64,000 bases of DNA from Octopus sinensis (Eukaryota). The DNA is taken from NCBI RefSeq assembly GCF_006345805.1, contig NC_043004.1:98456001-98520000 (forward strand), in the 5' to 3' direction. Under the pieces are notes generated by a model. The model did no database searches, was not told the DNA's origin, and saw nothing but the letters and a program-made list of their open reading frames with translations. Position 1 is the stretch's first letter. The number at the start of each line of letters is the position of its first letter. Positions 62,254-64,000 of this stretch are shown piece by piece. Made by a program: the position numbers and the translations under genes.

Positions 62254-62648
62254 AATAATAATAATAATAATAATCAATTCTTTTTTATTGGCCACAAGGG
62301 CTGACACGCATGATTATAATAATAATAATAATAATAATAGTAATAATAACAATAATAACAATAATAGTAATAGTTGTCATTTCGAATTTTGGTACAAGGC
62401 TATAAATTTCAGGGGTTGGGCCTACTCAATTACATGGGCCCCAGTACTTGACTGGTACTTCATTTTATCGATCCACCCCCACACCCCATCACACCAAAGG
62501 AACAAAATACAAATTTGATCCCAGTTGAATGGTTTGGGAGAAATTTAACTAGGCTTTTTCGTCAACACTTTAATGTTTCTGCCAGATCGCTTTACAAAGC
62601 TATAAATGCATATGTGTGTGTGTGAAACTATCTTCTAAGATTGATTAT

Positions 62649-63073
62649 ATAGGTGCAGGAGTGGCTGTGTGGTAAGTAGCTTGCTTACCAACCACATGGT
62701 TCTGGGTTCAGTCCCACTGCATGGTATCTTGGGCAAGTGTCTTCTGCTATAGCCCCGGACCGACCAATGCCTTGTGAGTGGATTTGGTAGACGGAGACTG
62801 AAAGAAGCCTGTCGTATATATGTATATATATATGTGTGTGTGTGTGTGTGTATATGTTTGTGTGTCTGTGTTTGTCCCCCTAGCATTGCTTGACAACCGA
62901 TGCTGGTGTGTTTACGTCCCTGTCACTTAGCGGTTTGGCAAAAGAGACCGATAAGAATAAGTACTGGGCTTACAAAAGAATAAGTCCCGGGGTCGATTTG
63001 CTCGACTAAAGGTGGTGCTCCAGCATGGCCGCAGTCAAATGACTGAAACAAGTAAAAGAGTATAAAAGAGTAT
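62649..63073 (+). mobile_element. SINE family A (low-divergence subfamily)
   Basis: Full length. Confidence 0.93.
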
Positions 63074-63339
63074 AACAATCTGGTCTGGTATGAAATATTT
63101 ACAAGCTGAAAGAAAATAAATATGTTAATAAAAAAAAACTAGCAAACAAATAACACAAAACAAAAGAAAAGAGGATTTAATCAATAGAAAGAGAGGAACG
63201 TAAAGCAGGAACCACAGATGAAGATGAAGAATTCTTATAAGAAAAGCCCAAAGTAACGGAAAGTAACCAATGAGATCAGGGAATTTGATTAACCAATGTA
63301 TGAGAATGCATAACAGGATGTGTAGAAAATATAGCTGGT

Positions 63340-63460
63340 TGCAGTGGTGGTGGTAGTGGTGGTGGTGGTGGTGGTGGTAATGTGATGATAAGGATGATGA
63401 TTGCGATGATTATGATGACAGTGGCAATGATGATGATGATAATGATGATGATGGTGGGGG

Positions 63461-63495
<35 letters not shown>

Positions 63496-63685
63496 GTGGT
63501 GGGGGTGATGATGATGATGATGGTGGGGGTGATGATGATGATGATGGGGGGTGGTGATGATGATGATGATGATGATGATGATTATGGTGGTGGTGGTGGT
63601 GGTGGTGGTGGAGGTGATGATGATGATGCTGATGATGATGATGATGATGAGGAGGAGGAGGAGGAGGAGGAGAAGGAGGAAGAGG
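63340..63685. repeat. (GAT)/(GGT)/(GAG) compound microsatellite
   Basis: Direct inspection. Confidence 0.95.
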
Positions 63686-64000
63686 AGTGGATTTTTTTTT
63701 TCTCACAGATGCAACACCTCAGATTTATATAACAAAATAAAAACAACAGGGTGGAAACAAAGGATGTAGCATTTTTTTTTTTTTTACCTTTCTCAAGGCA
63801 TTAAGGAAAGATGTGTACAGCAAAATTATCTCATTTCTGCTAATTTGCTATTCTGAAAAGAAAGGATTGATGATAAAAGATGATAACAAAGATAGCGACA
63901 ACACGATAAGGATGATGATGACAAGGTAAGAGAATAGTGATGAAGCTAGTGTAGTTGATGATAACGATGCTGATGATGACAAGGCAGGGAATATGAACAA

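Overview
Eukaryotic, very AT-rich and microsatellite-dense non-coding DNA, probably intergenic or deep-intronic. The SINE families and repeat landscape look like an octopus (coleoid cephalopod) genome; this is my recognition of the sequence, not a database result. I could not support any host protein-coding exon. Almost all ORF-track entries are microsatellite or SINE read-throughs. The genuine coding remnants all come from transposable elements: RTE LINEs, R4/Dong-type RLE LINEs, Penelope-like GIY-YIG elements, a Gypsy gag fragment, and mariner and Tigger/pogo transposases. About 40 tRNA-derived SINE copies fall into several modular families, which I label A to E for convenience. There are also several MITEs, a non-autonomous Helitron and a 639-bp near-perfect foldback element. 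The most notable signal is a set of short elements inserted in (TA)n tracts that carry minimal hammerhead-ribozyme motifs. One has an intact core at 47931-47965 (minus strand), helix I covaries between two families, and a further core sits inside a palindrome at 5.7 kb. Other items of interest are a SINE turned into a roughly 180-bp tandem array, an RTE-derived non-autonomous element with a strongly structured 5' end, and R4/Dong fragments abutting different trinucleotide microsatellites. All coordinates were read by eye, and element ends are approximate unless a TIR or TSD is given.
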